64,000 bases of DNA from Oculina patagonica (GCF_052425735.1 NC_135763.1:558001-622000); one strand, 5' to 3'; positions 35,893 through 49,266 are shown, counted from the stretch's first letter. A program made the numbers and translations. The notes: generated from the letters alone by a model not told the origin.

Positions 35893-37339
35893 TCGTTTTG
35901 TTGATTCTTTTTAAACCACAAATTAAAAAGCTAAGTAGTGCACTACTATACACTCTTGTGCTAGAGTTTCTTATAACTGCTGAAGGTACTTGAACGTTTT
36001 CTAAGTTGCTATTGTCTTCGTTTTCACGTGAGTTTCACTTCCTATGCGTACCGCTTGATGTTTTTTCTAGCTCTTCCTCACTCAACGAAGTTTACCGTCC
36101 ATGCTCATTCTCGTGACATGTAAGTCCTTAAGGCTGTCTTCAATTTTTTTTTTTGATCTGCGTATAAATATACATATCAAGTCACGAAACAAAATTGAAT
36201 AGTAGTAAACTGATAACTGATGCCAAAAAAACAATCCCAGCAAATACAGACCTTCTATAGGTAACACCACTTGTTTTGATTGTCGGGCTTGGCTTTATAT
36301 ACCGGCCTCGGCGGACTTATTGGAAGGCTTCATTCACACTTTAATGAAAGGTTGACGACCCAAAGGCCATGAAGGATATCTAACTTATTTTACTTTTAAA
36401 AGCAAATAAAAGTTCGGCACCTGTAAGAGCTGTTATTTCTTCATCCAATCATATCTTAGTTCCATTGTCATACAGTGATATAAGATATGATATAAGCTGA
36501 TATCGGGTCTTCCGTTACGGCACAATAAAATGTTTCGCCAAATCAGCAAACAACATCTAAATACAGATCGACCGCCGCTTATATTTTCAGGGAAGGCATT
36601 TAGATGAAAAGTTGTTCTTGCAAAAAATTGTTTGAAAAGAGTTGTTTATATTGGACGTAAGCCCTTAGAAGAACAGGACCTTGCTAAAAAGAGCTTGTTA
36701 TATAACCGATCGTGGTAAATTTAATACTACTATGACAGAAACAAACGGAACTCAGTTTGACTGACAGGCTTTGACAGTTCACTATCCATTATTATTTTGT
36801 GGTGAGTCAATATTTCGACTTAAAAATCGACACATGTCAGCAATAATAACATAAAACTTGTCGAATTGCATATTAAAATTATTAACTGTTACGAGAAAAA
36901 ATAATCAGCTGCAATCCAGTCTTTAAATTAACTCAAAAGGGTTCCTTTTTTATGGTCTGCACTTTCATTAAATATATTTGTATAGAGGTATTCTCCATTT
37001 CAGGGTAATGGATTCGGTTAAATAATTGAAAAGGCACTTTTACGTTTTTCAAAAATCAAATGTTTTGGAAATGCAAAGTAAACAATTAAGAACACATTTA
37101 AAATAAGGTTTTGAATCCTTGATAAGAGAAAAGTTTACAAGGTTCTTTACTGAAATTTAAAAAAGCTTTTATTTATTGCTATCTTTTAGCTTTAATACAA
37201 TCCCCTCAAACAAGCCACATGATAACTTTGTTCCTACAAACTGAGGCAAATTTTTAGCGTGTTTAAACTGACAGTTCACATGCAAATTCTCGTTTCAATT
37301 AGCAACTACAGCAAATTTAATTTACCCCCGTGCTCTTAT

Positions 37340-37514
37340 TACCCTGGGTTCCAGAGGGTTTTTTTTTGCGGTGACAAAGAGCAGCGAAGCCGCGATCGTC
37401 GAGAGAGTGGCGAAACCGCGATCGATCGTGGCTTCGCCACTCTTTCGACGATCGCGGCTTCGCCGCTCTTTGTCACCGCAAAAAAAAAACAACAACCCTC
37501 TGGCACCCAGGGTA
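37340..37514. mobile_element. Palindromic element with 9-bp TSD (Mutator-like)
   Basis: TACCCTGGG...CCCAGGGTA with a perfect TSD TGCTCTTAT and an almost fully palindromic core. Confidence 0.9.
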
Positions 37515-38143
37515 TGCTCTTATTGACTATTGATAAAAAAACCCGCCATTTTGTTATCTATACTTAAAAATCTTTTCAAAATATTTTTTGTTGGAATTCA
37601 AATAGGGACACTGACTTAATTTCCGTTGGTCACTTTTAAGCTTTCGCCGTATGCTGTAAACAGTGTCGTCCGGGGATGGGGTGGGGTTTATGGGGGAGGA
37701 GGCAATCAGTAGAACACCACAAAGGTACGGATCTACTGTAGTTCAAGAATAAACGAGGAAGATTAAATAAACTTACTGATCCACAACACAGCACAGCCCT
37801 ATCTCAAGTGCTCGCAACCCTTACAGTAGAATCTTGATTTCTCGAAACTCCCGAGTTCGTTTCCCTTGGATATTATTTCTTTGTAATTTTTACCCGCGAT
37901 TTCTCGAAGCAATTTTTTTCCCCTGGAGGTTCGAAAAATCGGGATTATATTGTACTTCAATAAGCAAACATCAAACTCGTCCCAGACGCCTGCTTTCCTT
38001 CTGCCTGGTCAGCACCAGAAAGGCAGACCAGTCCGATGTTTTGAGTGCTCATTATTGATGAGTCTGCGCACAACGACCGGAAGTCCGTGAATCGCGTACT
38101 TTCAAATCAGACATGGCTAGAGTCCGCGTTCTTGGTGCTGACC

Positions 38144-38290
38144 TTGCCTAGTTCCTAGGCCTCTATTTTCGTCGCGGTCAACTCGTTTCGGGTCACGTGG
38201 GCCGTTCGTCCCGGATACGTCACCGAAACGAGTAGTGACGTCAGTAATACCGTGAAGGCCTGGGGAAAAAGCCGAACAGGAACTTGGCAA
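38144..38290 (-). mobile_element. MITE, copy 2 (TTGCCTAGTT TIR)
   Basis: Reverse complement of 6536-6707, lacking about 25 internal bp. Confidence 0.85.
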
Positions 38291-40329
38291 GTGCTGACCG
38301 ATAGTTTATTTGAAAATGAGATCATCTTGTTGCACGACCAAGTGCAACAAGAAGCAAGTGATCAATTCGTCTATCCGCTTACCGTATTTTCTCGATTCAA
38401 AGCTGAGTCTCTAAGGTGGAGTTCAAAATAGGCCCCTCAGATATTTATTTACGGTATAATTTGAGCTGTAGGTATATTAGCAAGATTTATGTTTGTCAAC
38501 TGTAATAGATAAAAACTCTTCTTAATGAAAACCGGGCTCGAATAAACTGCAGTAGTCAAATTAACACCGGGTTCACCAGGCTTTAAAGTTTGAAATAAAC
38601 CCGGGAGCGTTTAATGGAGAAAATCAACAGTGTATTAAACTGTTGTCCAATGACGTAATCAAAATAACCCGAAAGAAAGAAGTACGATAGCTTAAGGTAT
38701 TACTTGCAGCCCGCTAATTTTGACAATATTGCCCGTTTTTACATATGAACAGAGCAACATTTTCAATGTTCTTATGTTTTAAGTGTCATTTTTCGTTCGT
38801 TTAACTTAAATGGCAGAAAAAGGAATGAAGTGAGATCCCAGCTTACTTTCAAAAGGGTCAAACCTTAAGAGCTTCCAGTTATTACCTCTTATTACTTTGG
38901 AAGCCGTTATTTCCTTGACTTCTATACCATTCATGAATGTCAAGAAACTTATCTCACGAAACAGGACTGGTGTTCAAATAAGAGAGCAGCTGCCTTACAG
39001 AAATGGCCGTGTTAAATGACTCAATAACTTTTTCAAACGACATTGGAACCGAAAACTGACCAACGATCAAACTTTTAGCTTACGACTTGCAAACGATCAA
39101 TCGGTGAACTGAAGATGTGTAACGGCCAAGATTGCTAGGATTTTGAGTGAAAACTTACAAATAAGCAAGTCTGCAGACTGAAAGCTAACAATGGCCAAAA
39201 ATTCAAGAGTCTAATCGATCGGTCTCGTCATCAACATAAAGACAACTATTAAGTAGCCAAACGTTTAAATAACAACAAAAAAAATGATCTAACAAATGAT
39301 GACAATTACATGGGTGATCTGCATCTTCCCACTGAGACCCTGTTTCCACATGGTTTCCCTATAAACAAGTTTCTTTTGACATAACTGCTTCCTTATTACA
39401 ATCGGAACGTGTTAACAGCTGAAAAACCTCAGTTCGTTTGGAAAGCGACCGACTCTTGAACAATGGAACAATAAACAAAATACACGTGGAAACTATAGCG
39501 ATTGCTCCTGCGCAGAAGAAAGCCACGTCATAACTGTTAGATGTGTCGTATATCCAGCCCGCGATCGAGGGACCAGCGGTCATAGGAAAAGCGCGGAAGC
39601 AGTACAATGAACCTAGGGCTGGCGCGAGTTTGATGTCTCCAACCAAGTCTTGAACAATTAATGGCAATGAGATCACAAAACATCCCTCCAGAAAACCGTA
39701 CAGGAACGAGTAGGTTGCTAACCATTTATAATTGGTTGCTATGGGAACGAGTGTTGTTGAAACACTGATGGACAGCAGTGTTATCTGAAGTGCGGTTAGA
39801 CGGTTGATTCCAGGCCGATCCATTAATTTGCCAAAAAGAGGACGTGCGGTCACTGAACCAAACGCCATAAAACTGACCAAAAATGCTGCTTTGAAGGAGT
39901 CTACACCGGAGTCTTTGGCAAGTCGAACCTGACATGTTGAAAAAAAGAACAGTATTGAAATGTTTGAGTCCAGTATAAAAGGGACAGAAAAGACGCTAAA
40001 AAGTAGACAAACACCGTAAAGAATTAATGCCACCGTCGCCACACCGCAAAAAAGTAGCACAAGTTCCAGCCAGTTGAACTTTGGACTGTGAAAAGACCTT
40101 CCCTTTGAAGGATAAGTACGCTTACTCAAGAATCCCTGGGTTCGACTGGGCACTCGCTTACTAACACTATTTATTACGATTTTTTGGAATGACAGAGAAA
40201 CACCAAACGGAATGCTAGAGTGCGCAGAGGCATGTGAATGATCCAGATTTATTAAATAGTGAAACATGAATACTTGAAAGTTTGGAGACCAAATAAGAGA
40301 AAATAGGTAAAAAAGTACATTGATCTATA

Positions 40330-40856
40330 CCGTATTTACTCGAATAAGCGCCGCCCCCGAATAAGCGCCGCCCTCGAATAAGCGCCGCATTTGGGACCAA
40401 AAAGTTAATAAGCGCCGCCCCCGAATAAGCGCCGCAGTACCGATGTGGCGCTTATTCGAGGAATTCCGTTAAACTAAAAAAACAGCACTACAAAGCAACT
40501 CTAAAGCAAACTTAGACATTTCTTTCCTTCAAAAACGATGTTTTGCAGTTCAGAGTGATTGTTTTACCGCACACCCATTAGTTTTCTATCCAGCATTCTA
40601 ACGATATGTGGTTTTGTACATGTTGTGAAGGCCACGAACTTTGCCAGGACAGCTAGCGCCACTTTTCTCTTCAGCAATAGACGAATACTGACAATCAAAA
40701 GACGCTATTTTTAATCACTGTTAAAGATTACATTCTTTGAAACGTCCAAATTTTGATTAAGCGCCGCCCTCAAATAAGCGCCGCCCTCGAATAAGCGCCG
40801 CACTTGAAAGGCGAAAAATTTAATAAGCGCCGCGGCGCTTATTCGAGTAAATACGG
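40330..40856. mobile_element. Tc1/mariner (pogo-like) MITE in SLC16 intron 2
   Basis: TA|CCGTATTTACTCGAATAAGCGCCGC...GCGGCGCTTATTCGAGTAAATACGG|TA, with many internal AATAAGCGCCGC repeats. Confidence 0.92.
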
Positions 40857-41597
40857 TATCTAGTTTAAAGTCGGCTTACCAAATGGACATAAGGCACCAA
40901 GAACCCAGGCATAAACGCGCATATGGATACCACAAAAATCAGGTAGCCTTTGTTCTTGAAGATTGACCAATCAAAACTGGTTTTCTTGACGGTTTTTAAG
41001 TTGTCCAACTCAGACGGTGAAGGAATCAGTCTCAACACAAATCCACAGAACACTACTATAAGCTGTAGACCCGCTAAAACTTGAAAAGTTCTTGTCAATC
41101 CCATGTTGTTCAGAAGTTTCTGAGCAACTGGACTTAGAACAAGCGTACCAACAGGTGCTCCAAGGAATACGATCCCATTGGCTAAGCCGATTCGCGCCCG
41201 GAAAAATTCTGGAAGCAGAAACAAGGCGGAACAGTAACAAAGACAAGAACCAAATCCCCAGATTAGGCCATAAGTTAAATAAAGTGTGTAGATATTTGGT
41301 GCAAACGATGAAGAAAACATCCCAACAGCGCATGTGAATCCACCTAGCACAATGACGTTGGCGAATCCAAGCCGGTTACCAAGGACAGCGGGTACCATTC
41401 CAAACGCATCGCTTACACCAGCCGCTACAGCTGTCACCCAAGCTGAGGAGGAAAAAAGAATCGTTATGATTCAAGCTGATGTCCCGAAATGTATGTTTCA
41501 ATAACTTATCAATTTAAAACTCGTATGAAATGTTGTTAATTTGGCTCATGAAAAGTTCGGCGTCTGAACCGGGCCTAGGGAGTCGACGCTGAAATTG

Positions 41598-41686
41598 TAG
41601 CCTGAGTTTCAGACGTCTTCCTCTGGTCGAGCGCGCTCTCTTATCGGGAACGCGCGACCAGAAGAAGACGACTGAAATACAGGCTA
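41598..41686. mobile_element. Mini TAGCC...GGCTA element with 9-bp TSD
   Basis: Perfect TSD CTGAAATTG. Confidence 0.9.
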
Positions 41687-44600
41687 CTGAAATTGAAATT
41701 AAATTGGTATTGGGGCGCCTAGCAGAATAGGGGCGCTTATTGACCTTCAGTTAGCAAACACACATAAAAAGCAACAAAGGGAACGTTTCGTCGGCAAGGA
41801 GGCGCTTTATATCGTAAGGAAGGCCATAAACATGATAGATCGGAAATAAACTGTATTTTAAGTTATAAGGTAGAAAAAAGAAAGAAAGAAAGAAAGGAAA
41901 TAACGTTTTATTTTCTTACCAGTCTGGCTTCTATTCATCCAGTAATGCGGCGAATATTATTCCAGAGATGTTTCCTTGAGCAGCTACGATGCACTGGATT
42001 AGAAATCCAGCGCTACATACTATCCACGAATAATCTCCATCCAGGCGCGTTTTCTGTGTGAGGTTTTCAACATGATTTAAGCTTGTAATTTTGGCTTCTT
42101 TTCCATCTTCACGGTCATTTCTTTCAGCCATGTTGAATTGTTGTCGTCTCGATTGTCAGTCTTCTAGACATTAGAACCCACTAAAGGGTCGCACATTCAA
42201 GACATTCAAGCTCAAAAATGGCACGAAATGTAGTGACTGAATTCTCAAGAGATTTTTCTACAGATCACCGACCGTTTTCCGCTCCACTGGCGCGAAAAAT
42301 TATGATGTTCTTCGTCCATATCACGGTACATAGTAGTTGACCTGAATATAAATTTTGTGGAGTCCTTTGTTAAGTACATGTGGTCTAGGATTGCGTGACA
42401 TAATAAAATTCGATCACGCAAAGAGAACTATTTAGGTTATCTTTCTTTAACGTTTGCGAGATCTAGGTTCTTTGGAGATGAATTAAAGATGCAACGGTCA
42501 TAAAGTTTTGGTTTTAAAGAGGAAAACAGTCAATCAAATGGTAATGTCAACTGGCTTGTAAACTACTATTAGGTATATCTCCTGGGGGGGGGGGGGGGCA
42601 GTTAACAGGCACTCGTCTTACCTTTTAGAAATCGCGCTTTGGTTCCATTTCAGATTTTATTATTTGCTAGAAACCTCAACAAGTAAATGCTATTAAAAAT
42701 CTTTGGGGGACTCCCATAGAAAAGGGACATAAGCTGGTCAAAAATGTTTAAAAGAACCCTAGCCTTTGAAGTACCAGACAGTCCCCCTCCCCCAGGTAAT
42801 TATCCCAAAGAATTATTCCAGCTTCTTTCCCACTGTTAAAATACTAGAGGGGGTCTTATTTTAGACAGGGGCTTATCAGTTTGGGTATGTAAAAAGACAC
42901 GAAGTGGACTTTTTAATGTTTTAGTGCTGTTTGGCAAAACATTTTCACAAAATAGCAACAGTTAGTAAATGTTATGGATGAAAACCTTTAGAGGCATAAA
43001 GTTGCCTTCCAGACAGGGGTGGTTGGGGATGGGGGGGGGGGGGAGGGCTTAATAGATACAAAGTGTCAGAATTGATGAAAGTCAAAAATATTGTTGTTGT
43101 TTTTTTTGTGGAGTAAAACCATTTCATTCTGCAAGTGGACACCTTAAAAGAATAGTGATGTGCTCAATCACAAGAGATATTAATTTTATTATTAGATGTT
43201 ATATCCAGTGACTGTTGGTTGTCACTTATGGGAGGTGTGCGGCCATATCTGGCATATGGCTATTAGCTACAACTGTATTTAAAATAAAAAAAGCGATTTT
43301 CAATTAAGTGTCATAAAACCAAAACCAAAGTAATCACTTCTGGCCAATTACAAAGGAGACAGACAATCCAGTGAACCAGTCAAAACTCAAAGCAAATACA
43401 TTTTGCTGGCACCAAACGCAGGGAAATGTGCGCAAGTGAGTCACGATTGGTTTTGTTTTAACTTCCGATTGGTGAGAAAGGGAAGTTTTTTAAACCAATC
43501 ATTAAGCAAAGTAATGCAAAACTAAAGCAAACACGAATTACATTCCGACACTCAAGTAAAAACCACTCTAAGTAGTAAGAGCAATCACATAATTACAAGT
43601 GAATTACAAGTCCCTAATTTATTACCTTACATAACAGCTGTTACATTACATATAATATGTTAAACAATCAAGCTAACAATAATGATATATATTGACAGCC
43701 CCTGTCAATCTGTGATTTTAAGGTAGCTAACCTAAAATTAGAATAAAACCAGTAGCAATTTCCACTGATTTATTTTACTTTTATACAGAGTCTGGCGAAC
43801 ATACTTTTACCTAAAGGCCATTTACCTGCATTTTGTTTGGAATACAAATGGTAGCCAGGAAGACATACTACTGCTTCAGTTTCTCTATTCTATCAATTTA
43901 CCAGCAGCATATTTTATAACACATTATTTCTTAATATTTTTACACATTTATGCAACAAAATATATTTGTCAGGCAGTGAAAAACTAGTTTATCCCTATTA
44001 GTTCCCAATCAATTTTGAGCTGCTAATCTCCCCAATATACTGTGACACCCAAGATTTTTTCACCCCATTCATGGTGACTGAATAAGCCTCACATGGTACC
44101 TTTGGTTGTACATGTACCAACCACATGATGAACCTTTTTTACATCATGTTATTTGGTAGACTGTAGCTAAACTGATGAATATTGATCAAGCATTCCTCCC
44201 AAAATCACACAGACTTGCAAAGTTTTTCTCGTCCTCTTATCTTTATTATATAGAATGCAGTGCTTTAGCGAGTGGTAGCAATCGAGAAAATGGTATCCAC
44301 ACATGTGTGGATATGAATGGTATCCACACATGTGTGGATAGACCAATCATCTCGCAGTTTGCCACGTTCGCCGGTCGATAGTCAAAACATCTTCGGATCT
44401 CCTCGGCTCCGGCGCCGGGGGTCGCGGACCGACTTTGAATTCGGATCGGTGCCAAAAACATGTTTAGTTGTCTTATAATAAAAATTTATGTTGCTTGGAT
44501 TTTTATCTTTCGTGTTTTGTGAGATATAGATTTGAACACTCGAAGATTTTCTATCTCCGCAACATGTAATATCCTCTATATCATTAATGCTATCAAAAGG

Positions 44601-44801
44601 GTTTTGATCATTTGAACTTTTTTAATAAAACTTTTTTGACTAACTGTTAATTAAAATCAGCTCATGAATGCTAGCCATGCTGACATTACATGTGCTAAAG
44701 TTCATAAGCGTACAAGTTTTTGCTGGGTGTCACAGTCCACAGAAAAGTTTACAGAGCCCAGAAGTTCTAAACTTTCCATAAAAACCTAGAGTTACTTCTC
44801 T

Positions 44802-45098
44802 TTATACACCTAATTGAAGAAACGTTGACCCGTGAAAAGCATAAACGATAAAGATGCGACCCCCAAATGTTCACTTGGAAAGCAGAAAAAGTTATCGTCT
44901 CCTGTGACAGAATTAACATAATAATAAGACAGGAATTGAGTAAATCATGCTTTCAAAGCTCTCAAAGAAAAAAATGCCTTGATTATAAATAAATTGAACA
45001 TTACTAAGCTTACCAATGCTGTCTACCCAGAACCCCATTCGGTCTTATCGTTCATGGTTTGTGCTTTTCACGGGTCAACGTTTCTTCAATTGGGTATA
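44802..45098. mobile_element. MITE with ~45-bp TIR
   Basis: TATACACCTAATTGAAGAAACGTTGACCCGTGAAAAGCA...TGCTTTTCACGGGTCAACGTTTCTTCAATTGGGTATA. Confidence 0.85.
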
Positions 45099-45378
45099 TA
45101 AATGTCACCAAATATAAGCAAGCATGTATTAGAATTTTAAGATCATTAGCATAAAGACGGAAATTAATTTGATAACACCATTTAAAGCAACATCTCCCAA
45201 CTGATACATTTGTACCTAATTATAAATGTATGGAGTCCAGTAAAGGAGAATTTGGGCTTAAGGCAGATTTGCACATATTTATAACTTGTCAGCTTGATCA
45301 GTTGGCTCATTCGCACAAAATTTTTTTATCCACATACTGATTTTCATATCAAACGTGGGCCCAGTGATGCTGAAAAGT

Positions 45379-45524
45379 TAGCCTGTTCCAGGTGTTTGGT
45401 TAGTTGGGAAGCGCAAAAAACAGCGAGCGAAAAAAAAAAAAATAGGGGAGGGGGTTGCCTCGCCAATTTTTCACTCACGTTCCTCACGCCGCTTCCCAAC
45501 TAACCAAACGCCTGAAACAGGCTA
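45379..45524. mobile_element. Mini TAGCC...GGCTA element just 3' of the PEX16 stop
   Basis: TSD CTGAAAAGT/CTGACAAGT. Confidence 0.85.
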
Positions 45525-45587
45525 CTGACAAGTTGAAGCATGAAAAACAACCTTTAAACAGTCTGTAAATCAAACCTCTGCAGAAGT

Positions 45588-46718
45588 CTAGGAACTCCAG
45601 TTGTAGAAATAAATCTTCTGCCAGGTTGGAAGGTAGTCGAGCAAAGGATTTAGCACAAAAGATAATCCTGGAACAGTATCGCTCATAAATTTCAGAAAAC
45701 CAAGAATCCTTGTTTTGGAGTAGGTATCATAAAATGGAGACCTCAAAAGATAAAACAGAAGCAGAAGAGTTCTTCTTGACAGTTCAGATCTTTCCTCTTC
45801 ATTTAAGTCACTTGAGTCACCCATAACAGCTAATGATGTAACATCAACTCCACAAGAAATCAACCAAGGTTTCCATGAGGCTTGGCCAAACATAAACATA
45901 CTGGAGATGTGGAGCAGGGGTCTTGAGATGTACAGACTCTCAGCAAACAGTCTTCTGGATGAAAGTTCTGTTGGTTGAATTGCCCTTTTTGTTTTAGAGC
46001 AATCCTTTGGGAGCTTCCACGAACGCGAGGAGCCAGTTGGGGTCGCACTTAGAGACCTTACAACTCTTCCTGATCGAGCGCCTCTCCAAACTGACCCTGT
46101 GTGACCGTCGTCGGCTTGTTCGTTCTCTTCCACTGGTTCTGCTTCTTCTTGCTCTTGCCCACTTCCGGCTGTATCTTCACCTTCTTCGCGCTTTTCCAGG
46201 TTTGATCGGTCAAGGGGTGGAATGAGAGGCGTTCTCTGAATACCTGATTTATATTTGAAGAGCAGGACGAATCTCAAAGCTGCCTTTGCTATTTGCAAGA
46301 TGACGACAATGATCCACTTGCCAGCTTCTCCCCACAGGCGACTCGCACCCAGCTCAATAAACACTTCTAAATATTCAACCACTGTTAGACATAACAAGAT
46401 GCGGTATCGTTCGCAAGAATAAGTCACACCACAAATAAGCTTTCTTTTTCCTTCGCGAAATATGCCATCGTTTAACAGGGTAAGAAGCTGCGAGGCTGAA
46501 AACACCAGTTCAGACAAAGCTTCCGAAGCTCCGAACCGCCCAGGGAGAATGTACGACAACGCACGCAAAATCGATTCTATCTTCGAAACGGATTCCGGAT
46601 TGTGTAGAACGAATTCTTGATACTTCTTCTGGAGAAGGATCGCGTGTGTTCTTCCTAGCGTCACCAATTCTTGCGATTTTTGGAGCAAATTTGAAAGAAA
46701 AACATTTCCGTCCGCCAT
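45588..46718 (-). CDS. PEX16: Peroxisomal biogenesis factor 16, single exon, 376 aa
   Basis: One continuous ORF with PEX16 motifs: SYILPGRF, SELVFSAS, VEYLEVFIELGA, AESLYISRPLLH, SWKPWL, YLLRSPFYD and YLPTWQKIYFYNW. Confidence 0.95.
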   Translation of the reverse strand: MADGNVFLSNLLQKSQELVTLGRTHAILLQKKYQEFVLHNPESVSKIESILRALSYILPGRFGASEALSELVFSASQLLTLLNDGIFREGKRKLICGVTYSCERYRILLCLTVVEYLEVFIELGASRLWGEAGKWIIVVILQIAKAALRFVLLFKYKSGIQRTPLIPPLDRSNLEKREEGEDTAGSGQEQEEAEPVEENEQADDGHTGSVWRGARSGRVVRSLSATPTGSSRSWKLPKDCSKTKRAIQPTELSSRRLFAESLYISRPLLHISSMFMFGQASWKPWLISCGVDVTSLAVMGDSSDLNEEERSELSRRTLLLLFYLLRSPFYDTYSKTRILGFLKFMSDTVPGLSFVLNPLLDYLPTWQKIYFYNWSS

Positions 46719-46821
46719 TTTTAGTTTCGATTTTAGAGTCTCCTTCTGCGCATGACGAAAGCTTTACTCGCAAACCGTGTGGAATCCGGGAACGAATAGA
46801 GTAGTCTCTTCAGTTCGTAAC

Positions 46822-48187
46822 CAATCTCGAGCCCAGAGTGTCTCCCGGCTCCGCGGTCCGTCAGCGGTTGGTCAGCAGTAGGGTCGCCGGTAGACACTAG
46901 TACTCTGGGAAACTGAAATGTATTGCTCTTTCTCTATTGGCCCTCGCAGAACAAAAGAAATCAACACGGAAGTCTGAAAATCTTCCCCGGAAGTAAACCA
47001 AACCGGAAACCCTGGAAAAACATTTGTTTGTTTTCCATGGTCAAATGTTCGGAAATATCAGCTTAATTTTGTAAAAACACCTAAGAAATCGTGATATGGT
47101 GCTACATAAATGAAGTATTTTCTAATTCTACCCTTCTCTTTGAACGTAAAAGATACCATGAATAAAAAACGGACTTCCTTTAAGCGTCGATGCTGAACGG
47201 AGATTTAAAACAACAAACGACGGCGTCACCAAGGACAAGGTCGATTGAAAACTCAATTTATAGTTGAATTACAAATCTCGCTAGAACTACTGTTTTCATT
47301 CAAATCTCCGTTCCAGTTGAAAAACTGAATATGACAGACAGTGCACGATTCAAAATAATAACTAATGACGCAGAATTTGAAGAAAAGCAATACGCATTAC
47401 GCGTTGTTGTTTTGCTAAAGAAAAAGAATTGATCAAAAATTATAACACACGTGTGCACGTGCTGAGTCGCAAAAATGCTAATTACGCCTTTTCAATAGCG
47501 TTGACGTGTGTGCGTTATTAATATCACCGCCATTCGACGAGGAAAAATTAAAATTGTTTGCTCGAAAACATGCAACCTATCCTGAAAAGATGCGCTTTCA
47601 GCGAGAAGCCTTTCCAATATACAAAAGTCACCAAACAAAAATATGCGAAAGTCGCCAAACAATTTTTTTATGAACAGAACAATAGCTTGTACATGTCCGT
47701 GCGTTGTGCAATATGTAAATTTCTTAGCCGTCCTCTGCAAAACAACAACGGACACACGCACGCAGTCTTAACAGGCGGAATCCTGGAAGGCTAACAACAC
47801 CTTTGATATGAAACAAATATAGAAGAATGCTCAAGAAAGAGACTAAAGGAAATCAAAACACCAGACGCTATTTTGTTAACTCTCTCTTTAGTTAACTCAT
47901 AGTTAGTACTAACTATGGTTAACTGCAGGACGTTATTGGTTACTTTTGTTGCTTCAATAAACGCACGAGTTCCGCCGATACTGTGTTAGAAATACAGTAG
48001 TTCAACTCTCTCGATTTACTTCCGTTCTGGGAAATTTACTTCCGCTAAGAACTCCGAGCATGCGCAATAAAAACCGGAAGAACAAGGTTCTTCCTGAAAT
48101 CGACCTGAAATTGATCTGATCCATTCCAGTTTCCCAGAGTTCATCCCATACCGCTGACCGACTGGATGAACTCTGGGCTCGAGATTG
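46822..48187. mobile_element. 1.37-kb non-autonomous TIR element (CAATCTCG family, 9-bp TSD)
   Basis: CAATCTCGAGCCCAGAG...CTCTGGGCTCGAGATTG with TSD GTTCGTAAC/GTTCGTAAA. No transposase ORF is present. Confidence 0.85.
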
Positions 48188-48994
48188 GTTCGTAAATTGA
48201 AAAAATTTAGCCTTTTGGCGCAAAAATATTACCCGCAATTTTTTTTAGCCACGATTTTTGAGTTTTTTTTTTCAAAAATAGCTCCTTAGTTGTCGCAGGG
48301 GATTATATAGTGTCCGGAGTGTGTATGTTTGTCACACCAACATGCAGGTTTGAGGTACTACCATTCAAATTGCAGTGTATAAGGGAGAAGTAATCTGACG
48401 CAGTTGTAACGAGCGGTTTGTTCGGAGGTTTTAGATTTGTAGGAGGCGGAATTGGCGAGTTGGGAAAAACCCTCGGCCGCGCCCGTTTTTAAAAGGTTTC
48501 AATATATAAATAGTTGCCAAAATTTTAACGGTCATACTTTTGAAAATGTATGTAGCGTAGCATACGAAACGTCAAGTTTATAAAAATGCGATTTTTCATA
48601 ATGTTTATCACCGCTGTTTGTGTTATATTTTTAAAAGGTTTCAACGCTGCCCTCAGGCAGAGATTCCATGAGAAATTTTAGCTCAAAACGACATACGCTG
48701 ATTCATAAAAAAGAAGCTCGCCTAGCTTAGAACTGGGCTGAAAGCTTAACCGCTAATAATATATAACTGGTTTTTGCATGAAACAGGCCTGAAAAGCACG
48801 GCACAGCCTTTGGAAAGGCCGGCCACGAGTCAGGCCAGTCACACATAAACATCCGAAATTTGCGTGAGCATAATTTAGTTGCATTGCATACGCAATATAA
48901 TGTCAAATCCAAACCGCTAGATCGGGGTACGTTTTCTATGTCTGTTTATTAACTTTGACAAAATCGTCATGTCATTTATGAATTTCTCTCAGTA

Positions 48995-49266
48995 CACTCT
49001 TTTTTTATTATAAGAATACAGTTTTTCCTACCCAGGTTGAATATTCTTATTTTTCTGCCGATTTTAGGCTGAAAATATTCTTATGAACATTCTTTGAAAA
49101 TACCGTTTGATTTTCGTTTTAGCAAGTATTGGGTAATCAATTACAAGTGTTTGGTGTCCAGATCTGTATCGTGTTACATTGTACACATGTACCATTGCTT
49201 TTCGTTGCAGCCTGGCCGTTTTGGCTTTAAACAACCATTCCTCACAGATTTGTTTCAACAAAAAAC

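Larger units (their letters stand above)
39359..42131 (-). pseudogene. SLC16/monocarboxylate transporter (MFS) gene with a frame break at the end of exon 1 (null allele, pseudogene or assembly error)
   Basis: Exons 42131-41920 (DGDYSWIVC, MCT motif), 41442-40880 and 39928-39359. There is an in-frame TAG at 41933-41931, and the exon 1 phase (2) does not match exon 2 (needs 1). Exons 2 and 3 are intact. Confidence 0.75.

Noticed and set aside
39929-40267. 5' part of the 302-aa ORF as SLC16 coding sequence
   Set aside because: It lies upstream of the acceptor at 39929 with no MCT similarity, so it is treated as an open intron frame.
40330-40856. AATAAGCGCCGC repeats as an array or regulatory cluster
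   Set aside because: They are internal repeats of a TA-flanked Tc1/mariner MITE.
48351-48362. TGAGGTACTAC resembling let-7
   Set aside because: It mismatches let-7 beyond 7 nt, has no hairpin, and let-7 is not known from cnidarians.
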